This document shows positions 14,201 through 26,800 of a stretch of 64,000 nucleotides of DNA, piece by piece. Each line of letters begins with the position of its first letter. Position 1 is the first letter of the stretch. The notes beneath the pieces are model-generated. The model had not been told where the DNA came from and did no database searches. It saw only the letters and a program-made list of their open reading frames with translations. The translations under genes and the position numbers were made by a program. The DNA comes from Eledone cirrhosa (lineage: Eukaryota): contig OZ024740.1 in assembly GCA_964016885.1 (NCBI GenBank), positions 431,520,001 through 431,584,000 on the forward strand, read 5' to 3'.

Positions 14201-17200
14201 GTAGGTTGTGGTGTTGAATTTTGTTAAAGACATCCCAGGCGTAGGTTGTGGTGTTGAACTCTGTTAAAGACATCCCAGGAGTAGGTTGTAGTATTGAACT
14301 CTGTTAAAGACATCCCAGTTGTAGGTTGTGGTGTTGAACTCTGTTAAAGACATCCCAGGAGTAGGTTATGGTGATGAACTTTGTTAAAGAGATCCCAGAA
14401 GTAGGTTGTTGTATTGAACTCTGTTAAAGTCATCTCAGAAGTAGGTTGTGGTATTAAACTCTGTTAAAGACATCCCAGAAGTAGGTTGTGGTATTGAACT
14501 CTGTTAAAGACATCCCAGAAGTAAGCTGTGGTGTTGAACTCTGTTAAAGATATCCCATTAGTAGGTTGTGGTGTTGAACTCTGTTAAAGACATCTCAGAA
14601 GTAGGTTGTGGTGTTGAACTCTGTTAAAGACATCCCAGAAGTAGGTTGTGGTATTGAACTCTGTTAAAGACATCCCAGAAGTAGGCTGTGGTGTTGAACT
14701 CTGTTAAAGACATCTCAGAAGTAGGTTGTGGTATTGAACTCTGTTAAAGACATCCCAGGAGTAGGTTGTGGTGTTGAACTCCGTTAAAGACATCCCAGGC
14801 GTAGGTTGTGGTATTGAACTCTGTTAAAGACATCCCAGAAGTAGGTTGTGGTATTGAACTCTGTTAAAGACATCCCAGAAGTAGGTTGTTGTGTTGAACT
14901 CTGTTAAAGACATCCCAGGAGTATGTTGTGGTGTTGAACTCTGTTAAAGACATCTCGGGAGTAGGTTGTGGTGTTGAACTCTGTTAAAGACATCTCAGAA
15001 GCAGGTTGTGGTGTTGAACTTTGTTAAAGACATCCCAGAAGTAGGTTGTGGTGTTGAACTCTGTTAAAGACATCCCAGGAGTAGGTTATGGTGTTGAACT
15101 TTGTTAAAGAGATCCCAGCAGCAGGTTGTGGTGTTGAACTCTGTTAAAGTCATCCCAGAAGTAGGTTGTGGTATTGAACTCTGTTAAAGACATCCCAGGA
15201 CTAGGTTGTGGTGTTGAACTTTGTTAAAGAGATCCCAGCAGTAGGTTGTGGTGTTGAACTCTGTTATAGACATCCCAGAAGTAGGTTGTGGTTTTGAACT
15301 TTGTTAAAGACATCCCAGAAGTAGGTTGTGGTGTTGAACTCTGTTAAAGACATCCCAGGAGTAGGTTGTGGTATTGAACTCTGTTAAAGATATACCAGAT
15401 ATAGGTTGTGGTGTTGAACTCTGTTAAAGACATCCCAGTAGTAGGTTGTGGTGCTGAACTCTGTTAAAGACATCCCAGGAGTAGGTTGTGGTGTTGAACT
15501 CTGTTAAAGACTTCCCAGAAGTAGGTTGTTGTATTGAACTCTGTTAAAGACATTTCAGAAGTAGGTTGTGGTATTGAACTCTGTTAAAGTCATCCCAGGA
15601 GTAGGTTGTGGTGGTGAACTCTGTTAAATATATCCCAGAGGTAGGTTGTGGTGTTGAACTCTGTTAAAGACTTCCCAGAAGTAGGTTCTTGTATTGAACT
15701 CTGTTAAAGACATCCCAGAAGTAGGTTGTGGTATTGAACTTTGTTAAAGACATCCCAGAAGTAGGTTGTGGTATTGAACTCTGTTAAAGACATCCTAGAA
15801 GTAGGTTGTGGTGTTGAACTCTGTTAGAGACATCTCGGGAGTAGGTTGTGGTGTTGAACTCTGTTAAAGACATCTCAGGAGTAGGTTGTGGTGTTGAACT
15901 TTGTTAAAGACATCCCAGAAGTAGGTTGTGGTGTTGAACTCTGTTAAAGACATCCCAGGAGTAGGTTATGGTGATTAACTTTGTTAAAGAGATCCCAGAA
16001 GTAGGTTGTTGTATTGAACTCTGTTAAAGTCATCCCAGAAGTAGGTCGTGGTATTAAACTGTGTTAAAGACATCCCAGAAGTAGGTTGTGGTATTGAACT
16101 CTGTTAAAGACATCCCAGAAGTAGGCTGTGGTGTTGAACTCTGTTAAAGACATCTCAGAAGTAGGTTGTGGTATTGAACTCTGTTAAAGACATCCCAGGA
16201 GTAGGTTGTGGTGTTGAACTCCGTTAAAGACATCCCAGGCGTAGGTTGTGGTATTGAACTCTGTTAAAGACATCCTAGAAGTAGGTTGTGGTGTTGAACT
16301 CTGTTAAAGACATCTCAGAAGTAGGTTGTGGTGTTGAACTTTGTTAAAGACATCCCAGAAGTAGGTTGTGGTGTTGAACTCTGTTAAAGACATCCCAGGA
16401 GTAGGTTGTGGTATTGAACTCTGTTAAAGACATACCAGAAATAGGTTGTGGTGTTGAACTCTGTTAAAGACATCCCAGGAGTAGGTTGTGGTGTTGAACT
16501 CTGTTATAGACATCCCAGAAGTAGGTTGTGGTGTTGAACTCTGTTAGAGACATCCCAGAAGTAGGTTGTGGTGTTGAACTTTGTTAAAGAGATCCCAGAA
16601 GAAGGTTGTGGTTTTGAACTCTGTTAAAGACATCCAAGGAGTAGGTTGTGGTGTTGAAATCTGTTAAAGACATTCCAGCAGTAGGTTGTGGTGTTGAACT
16701 CTGTTAAATACATCTCAGAAGTAGGTTGTGGTGTTGAACTCTGTTAAAGACATCCCAGGAGTAGGTTGTGGTGTGGAACTCTGTTAAAGACATCCCAGAA
16801 GTAGGTTGTGGTGCTGAACTCTGTTATAGACATCCCAGAAGTAGGTTGTGGTGTTGAACTCTGTTAAAGACATCCCAGAAGTAGGTTGTGGTGTTGAACT
16901 CTGTTAAAGACATCCCAGGAGTAGGTTGTGGTGTTGAACTTTGTTAAAGAGATCCCAGCAGTAGGTTGTGGTGTTGAACTCTGTTATAGACATCCCAGAA
17001 GTAGGTTGTGGTTTTGAACTTGGTTAAAGACATCCCAGAAGTAGGTTGTGGTGTTGAACTCTGTTAAAGACATCCCAGGAGTAGGTTGTGGTATTGAACT
17101 CTGTTAAAGACATACCAGAAATAGGTTGTGGTGTTGAACTCTGTTAAAGACATCCCAGGAGTAGGTTGTGGTGTTGAACTCTGTTATAGACATCCCAGAA

Positions 17201-18440
17201 GTAGGTTGTGGTGTTGAATTTTGTTAAAGACATCCCAGGCGTAGGTTGTGGTGTTGAACTCTGTTAAAGACATCCCAGGAGTAGGTTGTAGTATTGAACT
17301 CTGTTAAAGACATCCCAGTTGTAGGTTGTGGTGTTGAACTCTGTTAAAGACATCCCAGGAGTAGGTTATGGTGATGAACTTTGTTAAAGAGATCCCAGAA
17401 GTAGGTTGTTGTATTGAACTCTGTTAAAGTCATCCCAGAAGTAGGTTGTGGTATTAAACTCTGTTAAAGACATCCCAGAAGTAGGTTGTGGTATTGAACT
17501 CTGTTAAAGACATCCCAGAAGCAAGCTGTGGTGTTGAACTCTGTTAAAGATATCCCATTAGTAGGTTGTGGTGTTGAACTCTGTTAAAGACATCTCAGAA
17601 GTAGGTTGTGGTGTTGAACTCTGTTAAAGACATCCCAGAAGTAGGTTGTGGTATTGAACTCTGTTAAAGACATCCCAGAAGTAGGCTGTGGTGTTGAACT
17701 CTGTTAAAGACATCTCAGAAGTAGGTTGTGGTATTGAACTCTGTTAAAGACATCCCAGGAGTAGGTTGTGGTGTTGAACTCCGTTAAAGACATCCCAGGC
17801 GTAGGTTGTGGTATTGAACTCTGTTAAAGACATCCCAGAAGTAGGTTGTGGTATTGAACTCTGTTAAAGACATCCCAGAAGTAGGTTGTTGTGTTGAACT
17901 CTGTTAAAGACATCCCAGGAGTATGTTGTGGTGTTGAACTCTGTTAAAGACATCTCGGGAGTAGGTTGTGGTGTTGAACTCTGTTAAAGACATCTCAGAA
18001 GCAGGTTGTGGTGTTGAACTTTGTTAAAGACATCCCAGAAGTAGGTTGTGGTGTTGAACTCTGTTAAAGACATCCCAGGAGTAGGTTATGGTGTTGAACT
18101 TTGTTAAAGAGATCCCAGCAGCAGGTTGTGGTGTTGAACTCTGTTAAAGACATCCCAGAAGTAGGTTGTGGTATTGAACTCTGTTAAAGACATCCCAGGA
18201 CTAGGTTGTGGTGTTGAACTTTGTTAAAGAGATCCCAGCAGTAGGTTGTGGTGTTGAACTCTGTTATAGACATCCCAGAAGTAGGTTGTGGTTTTGAACT
18301 TTGTTAAAGACATCCCAGAAGTAGGTTGTGGTGTTGAACTCTGTTAAAGACATCCCAGGAGTAGGTTGTGGTATTGAACACTGTTAAAGATATACCAGAT
18401 ATAGGTTGTGGTGTTGAACTCTGTTAAAGACATCCCAGGA
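11280..18440. repeat. HOR domain 2: ~2.5-3.0 kb (63/67/75 monomer) units
   Basis: GAACTT-GGTTAAAG (GG at 11502, 14022, 17022). TATACCAGAT at 12711, 15391, 18391. About 13450-15435 matches about 16450-18435 at offset 3000. Confidence 0.85.
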
Positions 18441-21400
18441 GTAGGTTGTGGTGTTGAACTCTGTTATAGACATCCCAGAAGTAGGTTGTGGTGTTGAACT
18501 CTGTTATAGACATCCCAGAAGTAGGTTGTGGTGTTGAACTTTGTTAAAGAGATCCCAGAAGAAGGTTGTGGTTTTGAACTCTGTTAAAGACATCCAAGGA
18601 GTAGGTTGTGGTGTTGAAATCTGTTAAAGACATTCCAGCAGTAGGTTGTGGTGTTGAACTCTGTTAAAAACATCTCAGAAGTAGGTTGTAGTGTTGAACT
18701 CTGTTAAAGACATCCCATTAGTAGGTTGTGGTGTTGAACTCTGTTAAAGACATCCCAGGAGTAGGTTGTGGTGTGGAACTCTGTTAAAGACATCCCAGAA
18801 GTAGGTTGTGGTGCTGAACTCTGTTATAGACATCCGAGAAGTAGGTTGTGGTGTTGAACTCTGTTAAAGACATCCCAGAAGTAGGTTGTGGTGTTGAACC
18901 CTGTTAAAGACATCTCAGAAGTAGGTTGTGGTGTTGAACTCTGTTAAAGACATCCCATTAGTAGGTTGCGGTGTTGCACTCTGTTAAAGACATCTCAGAA
19001 GTAGGTTGTGGTGTTGAACTCTGTTAAAACATCCCAGGAGTAGGCTGTGGTGTTGAACTCTGTTAAAGACATCCCATTAGTAGGTTGTGGTGTTGAACTC
19101 TGTTAAAGACATCCCATTAGTAGGTTGTGGTGTTGTACTCTGTTAAAGACATCCCAGAAGTAGGTTGTGGTATTGAACTTTGTTAAAGTGATCCTAGAAG
19201 AAGGTTGTGGTTTTGAACTCTGTTAAAGACATACCAGGAGTAGGTTGTGGTATTGAAATCTGTTAAAGACATTCCAGCAGTAGGTTGTGGTGTTGAACTC
19301 TGTTAAAGACATCCCATTAGTAGGTTGCGGTGTTGCACTCTGTTAAAGACATCTCAGCTCAGAAGTAGGTTGTGGTGTTGAACTCTGTTAAAGACATCCC
19401 AGGAGTAGGTTGTGGTATTGAACTCTGTTAAAGACATCCCATTAGTAGGTTGTGGTGTTGAACTCTGTTAAAGACATCCCATTAGTAGGTTGTGGTGTTG
19501 AACTCTGTTAAAGACATCCCAGAAGTAGGTTGTGGTGTTGAACTCTGTTAAAGACATCCCAGGAGTAGGTTGTGGTGTTGAACTTTGTTAAAGAGATCCC
19601 AGCAGTAGGTTGTGGTGTTGAACTCTGTTATAGACATCCCAGAAGTAGGTTGTGGTTTTGAACTTTGTTAAAGACATCCCAGAAGTAGGTTGTGGTGTTG
19701 AACTCTGTTAAAGACATCCCAGGAGTAGGTTGTGGTATTGAACTCTGTTAAAGACATACCAGAAATAGGTTGTGGTGTTGAACTCTGTTAAAGACATCCC
19801 AGGAGTAGGTTGTGGTGTTGAACTCTGTTATAGACATCCCAGAAGTAGGTTATGGTGTTGAATTTTGTTAAAGACATCCCAGAAGTAGGTTGTGGTGTTG
19901 AACTCTGTTAAAGACATCCCTGAAGTAGGTTGTGGTATTGAACTCCGTTAAAGACATCCCAGAAGTAGGCTGTGGTCTGAACTCTGTTAAAGACATCCCA
20001 TTAGTAGGTTGTGGTGTTGAACTCTGTTAAAGACATCCCATTAGTAGGTTGTGGTGTTGAACTCTGTTAAAGACATCTCAGAAGTAGGTTGTGGTGTTGT
20101 ACTCTGTTAAAGACATCCCAGAAGTAGGTTGTGGTATTGAACTTTGTTAAAGAGATCCTAGAAGAAGGTTGTGGTTTTGAACTCTGTTAAAGACATCCCA
20201 GGAGTAGGCTGTGGTGTTGAACTCTGTTAAAGACATCCCATTTGTAGGTTGTGGTGTTGAACTCTGTTAAAGACATCCCATTAGTAGGTTGTGGTGTTGA
20301 ACTCTGTTAAAGACATCTCAGAAGTAGGTTGTGGTGTTGTACTCTGTTAAAGACATCTCAGAAGTAGGTTGTGGTATTGAACTCTGTTAAATACATCCCA
20401 TTAGTAGGTTGTGGTGTTGAACTCTGTTAAAGACATCCCAGAAGTAGGTTGTGGTGTTGAACTCTGTTAAAGACATCCCAGGAGTAGGTTGTGGTGTTCA
20501 ACTTTGTTAAAGAGATCCCAGCAGTAGGTTGTGGTGTTGAACTCTGTTAAAGACATCCCAGGAGTAGGTTGTGGTGTTGAACTCTGTTATACACATCCCA
20601 GAAGTAGGTTGTGGTTTTGAACTTTGTTAAAGACATCCCAGAAGTAGGTTGTGGTGTTGAACTCTGTTAAAGACATCCCAGGAGTAGGTTGTGGTATTGA
20701 ACTCTATTAAAGACATACCAGAAATAGGTTGTGGTGTTGAACTCTGTTAAAGACATCCCAGGAGTAGGTTGTGGTGTTGAACTCTGTTATAGACATCCCA
20801 GAAGTAGGTTGTGGTGTTGAATTTTGTTAAAGACATCCCAGGCGTAGGTTGTGGTATTGAACTCTGTTAAAGACATCCCATTAGTAGGTTGTGGTGTTGA
20901 ACTCTGTTAAAGAGATCCCAGCAGTAGGTTGTGGTGTTGAACTCTGTTAAAGACATCCCAGGAGTAGGTTGTGGTGTTGAACTCTGTTAAAGACTTCCCA
21001 GAAGTAGGTTGTTGTATTGAACTCTGTTAAAGACATCTCAGAAGTAGGTTGTGGTATTGAACTCTGTTAAAGACATCCCAGGAGTAGGTTGTGGTGGTGA
21101 ACTCTGTTAAATATATCCCAGAGGTAGGTTGTGGTGTTGAACTCTGTTAAAGACTTCCCAGAAGTAGGTTCTTGTATTGAACTCTGTTAAAGACATCACA
21201 GAAGTAGGTTGTGGTATTGAACTTTGTTAAAGACATCCCAGAAGTAGGTTGTGGTTTTGAACTTTGTTAAAGACCTCCCAGAAGTAGGTTGTGGTGTTGA
21301 ACACTGTTAAAGACATCCCAGGAGTAGGTTGTGGTATTGAACTCTGTTAAAGACATACCAGAAATAGGTTGTGGTGTTGAACTCTGTTAAAGACATCCCA

Positions 21401-23899
21401 GAAGTAGGTGGGGTGTTGAACTTTGTTAAAGAGATCCCAGAAGAAGGTTGTGGTTTTGAACTCTGTTAAAGACATCCTAGAAGTAGGTTGTGGTGTTGAA
21501 CTCTGTTAAAGACATCTCGGGAGTAGGTTGTGGTGTTGAACTCTGTTAAAGACATCTCAGGAGTAGGTTGTGGTGTTGAACTTTGTTAAAGACATCCCAG
21601 AAGTAGGTTGTAGTGTTGAACTCTGTTAAAGACATCCCAGGAGTAGGTTATGGTGATGAACTTTGTTAAAGAGATCCCAGAAGTAGGTTGTTGTATTGAA
21701 CTCTGTTAAAGTCATCCCAGAAGTAGGTTGTGGTTTAAACTCTGTTAAAGACATCCCAGAAGTATGTTGTGGTATTGAACTCTGTTAAAGACATCCCAGA
21801 AGTAGGCTGTGGTGTTGAACTCTGTTAAAGATATCACATTAGTAGATTGTGGTGTTGAACTCTGTTAAAGACATCCCAGGAGTAGGTTGTGGTGTTGAAC
21901 TCCGTTAAAGACATCCCAGGCGTAGGTTGTGGTATTGAACTCTGTTAAAGACATCCTAGAAGTAGGTTGTGGTATGGATCTCTGTTAAAGACATCTCAGA
22001 AGTAGGTTGTGGTGTTGAACTTTGTTAAAGACATCCTAGAAGTAGGTTGTGGTATTGAACTTTGTTAAAGACATCCCAGAAGTAGGTTGTGGTATTGAAC
22101 TTTGTTAAAGACATCCTAGAAGTAGGTTGTGGTGTTGAACTCTGTTAAAGACATCCCAGGAGTAGGTTGTGGTGTTGAACTCTGTTAAAGACATCTCGGG
22201 AGTAGGTTGTGGTGTTGAACTCTGTTAAAGACATCTCAGAAGTAGGTTGTGGTGTTGAACTTTGTTAAAGACATCCCAGAAGTAGGTTGTGGTGTTGAAC
22301 TCTGTTAAAGACATCCCAGGAGTACGTTATGGTGTTGAACTTTGTTAAAGAGATCCCAGCAGTAGGTTGTGGTGTTGAACTCTGTTAAAGACATCTCAGA
22401 AGTAGGTTGTGGTATTGAACTCTGTTAAAGACATCCCAGGAGTTAGGTTGTGGTGTTGAACTTTGTTAAAGAGATCCCAGCAGTAGGTTGTGGTGTTGAA
22501 CTCTGTTATAGACATCCCAGATGTAGGTTGTGGTTTTGAACTTTGTTAAAGACCTCCCAGAAGTAGGTTGTGGTGTTGAACACTGTTAAAGACATCCCAG
22601 GAGTAGGTTGTGGTATTGAACTCTGTTAAAGACATACCAGAAATAGGTTGTGGTGTTGAACTCTGTTAAAGACATCCCAGAAGTAGGTGGGGTGTTGAAC
22701 TTTGTTAAAGAGATCCCAGAAGAAGGTTGTGGTTTTGAACTCTGTTAAAGATATCCAAGGAGTAGGTTGTGGTGTTGAAATCTGTTAAAGACATTCCAGC
22801 AGTAGGTTGTGGTGTTGAACTCTGTTAAATACATCTCAGAAGTAGGTTGTAGTGTTGAACTCTGTTAAAGACATCCCATTAGTAGGTTGTGGTGTTGAAC
22901 TCTGTTAAAAACATCCCATTAGTAGGTTGTGGTTTTGAACTCTGTTAAAGACATCCCAGGAGTAGGTTGTGGTGTGGAACTCTGTTAAAGACATCCCAGA
23001 AGTAGGTTGTGGTGCTGAACTCTGTTATAGACATCCCAGAAGTAGGTTGTGGTGTTGAACTCTGTTAAAGACATCCCAGAAGTAGGCTGTGGTGTTGAAC
23101 TCTGTTAAAGACATCCCATTAGTAGGTTGTGGTGTTGAACTCTGCTAAAGACATCTCAGAAGTAGGTTGTGGTGTTGTACTCTGTTAAAGACATCCCAGA
23201 AGTAGGTTGTGGTATTGAACTTTGTTAAAGAGATCCTAGAAGAAGGTTGTGGTTTTGAACTCTGTTAAAGACATCCCAGAAGTAGGCTGTGGTGTTGAAC
23301 TCTGTTAAAGACATCTCAGAAGTAGGTTGTGGTATTGAACTCTGTTAAATACATCCCATTAATAGGTTGTGGTGTTGAACTCTGTTAAAGACATCCCATT
23401 AGTAGGTTGTGGTGTTGAACTCTTTTAAAGACATCCCATTAGTAGGTTGTGGTGTTGAACTCTGTTAAAGACATCCCAGAAGTAGGTTGTGGTGTTGAAC
23501 TCTGTTAAAGACATCCCAGGAGTAGGTTGTGGTGTTGAACTTTGTTAAAGAGATCCCACCAGTAGGTTGTGGTGTTGAACTCTGTTATAGACATCCCAGA
23601 AGTAGGTTGTGGTTTTGAACTTTGTTAAAGACATCCCAGAAGTAGGTTGTGGTGTTGAACTCTGTTAAAGACATCCCAGGAGTAGGTTGTGGTATTGAAC
23701 TCTGTTAAAGACATACCAGAAATATGTTGTGGTGTTGAACTCTGTTAAAGACATCCCAGGAGTAGGTTGTGGTGTTGAACTCTGTTATAGACATCCCAGA
23801 AGTAGGTTGTGGTGTTGAACTTTGTTAAAGACATCCCAGGCGTAGGTTGTGGTGTTGAACTCTGTTAAAGACATCCCAGGAGTAGGTTGTAGTATTGAA

Positions 23900-26800
23900 C
23901 TCTGTTAAAGACATCCCAGGAGTGGGTTGTGGTATTGAACTCTGTTAAAGACATCCCAGGAGTAGGTTGTGGTGTTGAACTCTGTTAAAGACTTCCCAGA
24001 AGTAGGTTGTTGTATTGAACTCTGTTAAAGACATCTCAGAAGTAGGTTGTGGTATTGAACTCTGTTAAAGACATCCCAGGAGTAGGTTGTGGTGGTGAAC
24101 TCTGTTAAATATATCCCAGAGGTAGGTTGTGGTGTTGAACACTGTTAAAGACATCCCAGGAGTAGGTTGTGGTGTTGAACTCTGTTAAAGACTTCCCAGA
24201 AGTAGGTTCTTGTATTGAACTCTGTTAAAGACATCCCAGAAGTAGGTTGTGGTATTGAACTTTGTTAAAGACATCCCAGAAGTAGGTTGTGGTATTGAAC
24301 TCTGTTAAAGACATCCTAGAAGTAGGTTCTGGTGTTGAACTCTGTTAAAGACATCTCGGGAGTAGGTTGTGGTGTTGAACTCTGTTAAAGACATCTCAGA
24401 AGTAGGTTGTGGTGTTGAACTTTGTTAAAGACATCCCAGAAGTAGGTTGTGGTGTTGAACTCTGTTAAAGACATCCCAGGAGTAGGTTATGGTGATGAAC
24501 TTTGTTAAAGAGATCCCAGAAGTAGGTTGTGGTGTTGAACTCTGTTAAAGACATCCCAGAAGTAGGTTGTGGTATTGAACTCTCTCAAAGACATCCCATA
24601 AGTAGGCTGTGGTGTTGAACTCTGTTAAAGACATCTCAGAAGTAGGTTGTGGTATTGAACTCTGTTAAAGACATCCCAGGAGTAGGTTGTGGTGTTGAAC
24701 TCTGTTAAAGACATCCCAGGAGTAGGTTATGGTGTTGAACTTTGTTAAAGAGATCCCAGCAGTAGGTTGTGCTGTTGAACGCTGTTAAAGACATCCCAGA
24801 AGTAGGTTGTGGTATTGAACTCTGTTAAAGACATCCCAGAAGTAGGTTGTGGTGTTGAACTCTGTTAAAGACATCCCAGAAGTAGGTTGTGGTGTTGAAC
24901 TCTGTTAAAGACATCCCAGGAGTAGGTTGTGGTGTTGAACTCTGTTAAAGACATCCCAGAAGTAGGTTGCGGTGTTGAACTCTGTTAAAGACATCCCAGG
25001 AGTAGGTTGTGGTGTTGAAATCTGTTAAAGACATACCAGAGGTAGGTGGTGGTGTTGAACTCTGTTACAGACATCCCATTAGTAGGTTGTGGTGTTGAAC
25101 TCTGTTAAATACATCTCAGAAGTAGGTTGTAGTGTTGAACTCTGTTAAAGTCATCCCATTAGTAGGTTGTGGTGTTGAACTCTGTTAAAAACATCCCATT
25201 AGTAGGTTGTGGTGTTGAACTCTGTTAAAGACATCCCAGGAGTAGGTTGTGGTGTGGAACTCTGTTAAAGACATCCCAGAAGTAGGTTGTGGTGCTGAAC
25301 TCTGTTATAGACATCCCAGAAGTAGGTTGTGGTGTTGAACTCTGTTAAAGACATCCCAGAAGTAGGTTGTGGAATTGAACTCTGTTAAAGACATCCCAGA
25401 AGTAGGCTGTGGTGTTGAACTCTGTTAAAGACATCCCATTAGTAGGTTGTGGTGTTGAACTCTGTTAAAGACATCCCAGGAGTAGGTTGTGGTATTGAAC
25501 TCTGTTAAAGACATCCCAGGAGTAGGTTGTGGTGTTGAACTCTGTTAAAGACTTCCCAGAAGTAGGTTGTTGTATTGAACTCTGTTAAAGTCATCTCAGA
25601 AGTAGGTTGTGGTATTGAACTCTGTTAAAGACATCCCAGGAGTAGGTTGTGGTGGTGAACTCTGTTAAATATATCCCAGAGTTAGGTTGTGGTGTTGAAC
25701 ACTGTTAAAGACATCCCAGGAGTAGGTTGTGGTGTTGAACTCTGTTAAAGACTTCCCAGAAGTAGGTTCTTGTATTGAACTCTGTTAAAGACATCCCAGA
25801 AGTAGGTTGTGGTATTGAACTTTGTTAAAGACATCCCAGAAGTAGGTTGTGGTATTGAACTCTGTTAAAGACATCCTAGAAGTAGGTTTTGGTGTTGAAC
25901 TCTGTTAAAGACATCTCGGGAGTAGGTTGTGGTGTTGAACTCTGTTAAAGACATCTCAGAAGTAGGTTGTGGTGTTGAACTTTGTTAAAGACATCCCAGA
26001 AGTAGGTTGTGGTGTTGAACTCTGTTAAAGACATCCCAGGAGTAGGTTATGGTGATGAACTTTGTTAAAGAGATCCCAGAAGTAGGTTGTGGTGTTGAAC
26101 TCTGTTAAAGACATCCCAGAAGTAGGTTGTGGTATTGAACTCTCTCAAAGACATCCCATAAGTAGGCTGTGGTGTTGAACTCTGTTAAAGACATCTCAGA
26201 AGTAGGTTGTGGTATTGAACTCTGTTAAAGACATCCCAGGAGTAGGTTGTGGTGTTGAACTCTGTTAAAGACATCCCAGGAGTAGGTTATGGTGTTGAAC
26301 TTTGTTAAAGAGATCCCAGCAGTAGGTTGTGCTGTTGAACGCTGTTAAAGACATCCCAGAAGTAGGTTGTGGTATTGAACTCTGTTAAAGACATCCCAGA
26401 AGTAGGTTGTGGTGTTGAACTCTGTTAAAGACATCCCAGAAGTAGGTTGTGGTGTTGAACTCTGTTAAAGACATCCCAGGAGTAGGTTGTGGTGTTGAAC
26501 TCTGTTAAAGACATCCCAGAAGTAGGTTGCGGTGTTGAACTCTGTTAAAGACATCCCAGGAGTAGGTTGTGGTGTTGAAATCTGTTAAAGACATACCAGA
26601 GGTAGGTGGTGGTGTTGAACTCTGTTACAGACATCCCAGGAGTAGGTTGTGGTAGTGAACTCTGTTAAATATATCCCAGAGGTAGGTTGTGGTGTTGAAC
26701 TCTGTTAAAGACTTCCCAGAAGTAGGTTGTTGTATTGAACTCTGTTAAAGACATCCCAGAAGTAGGTTGTGGTATTGATCTTTGTTAAAGACATCCCAGA

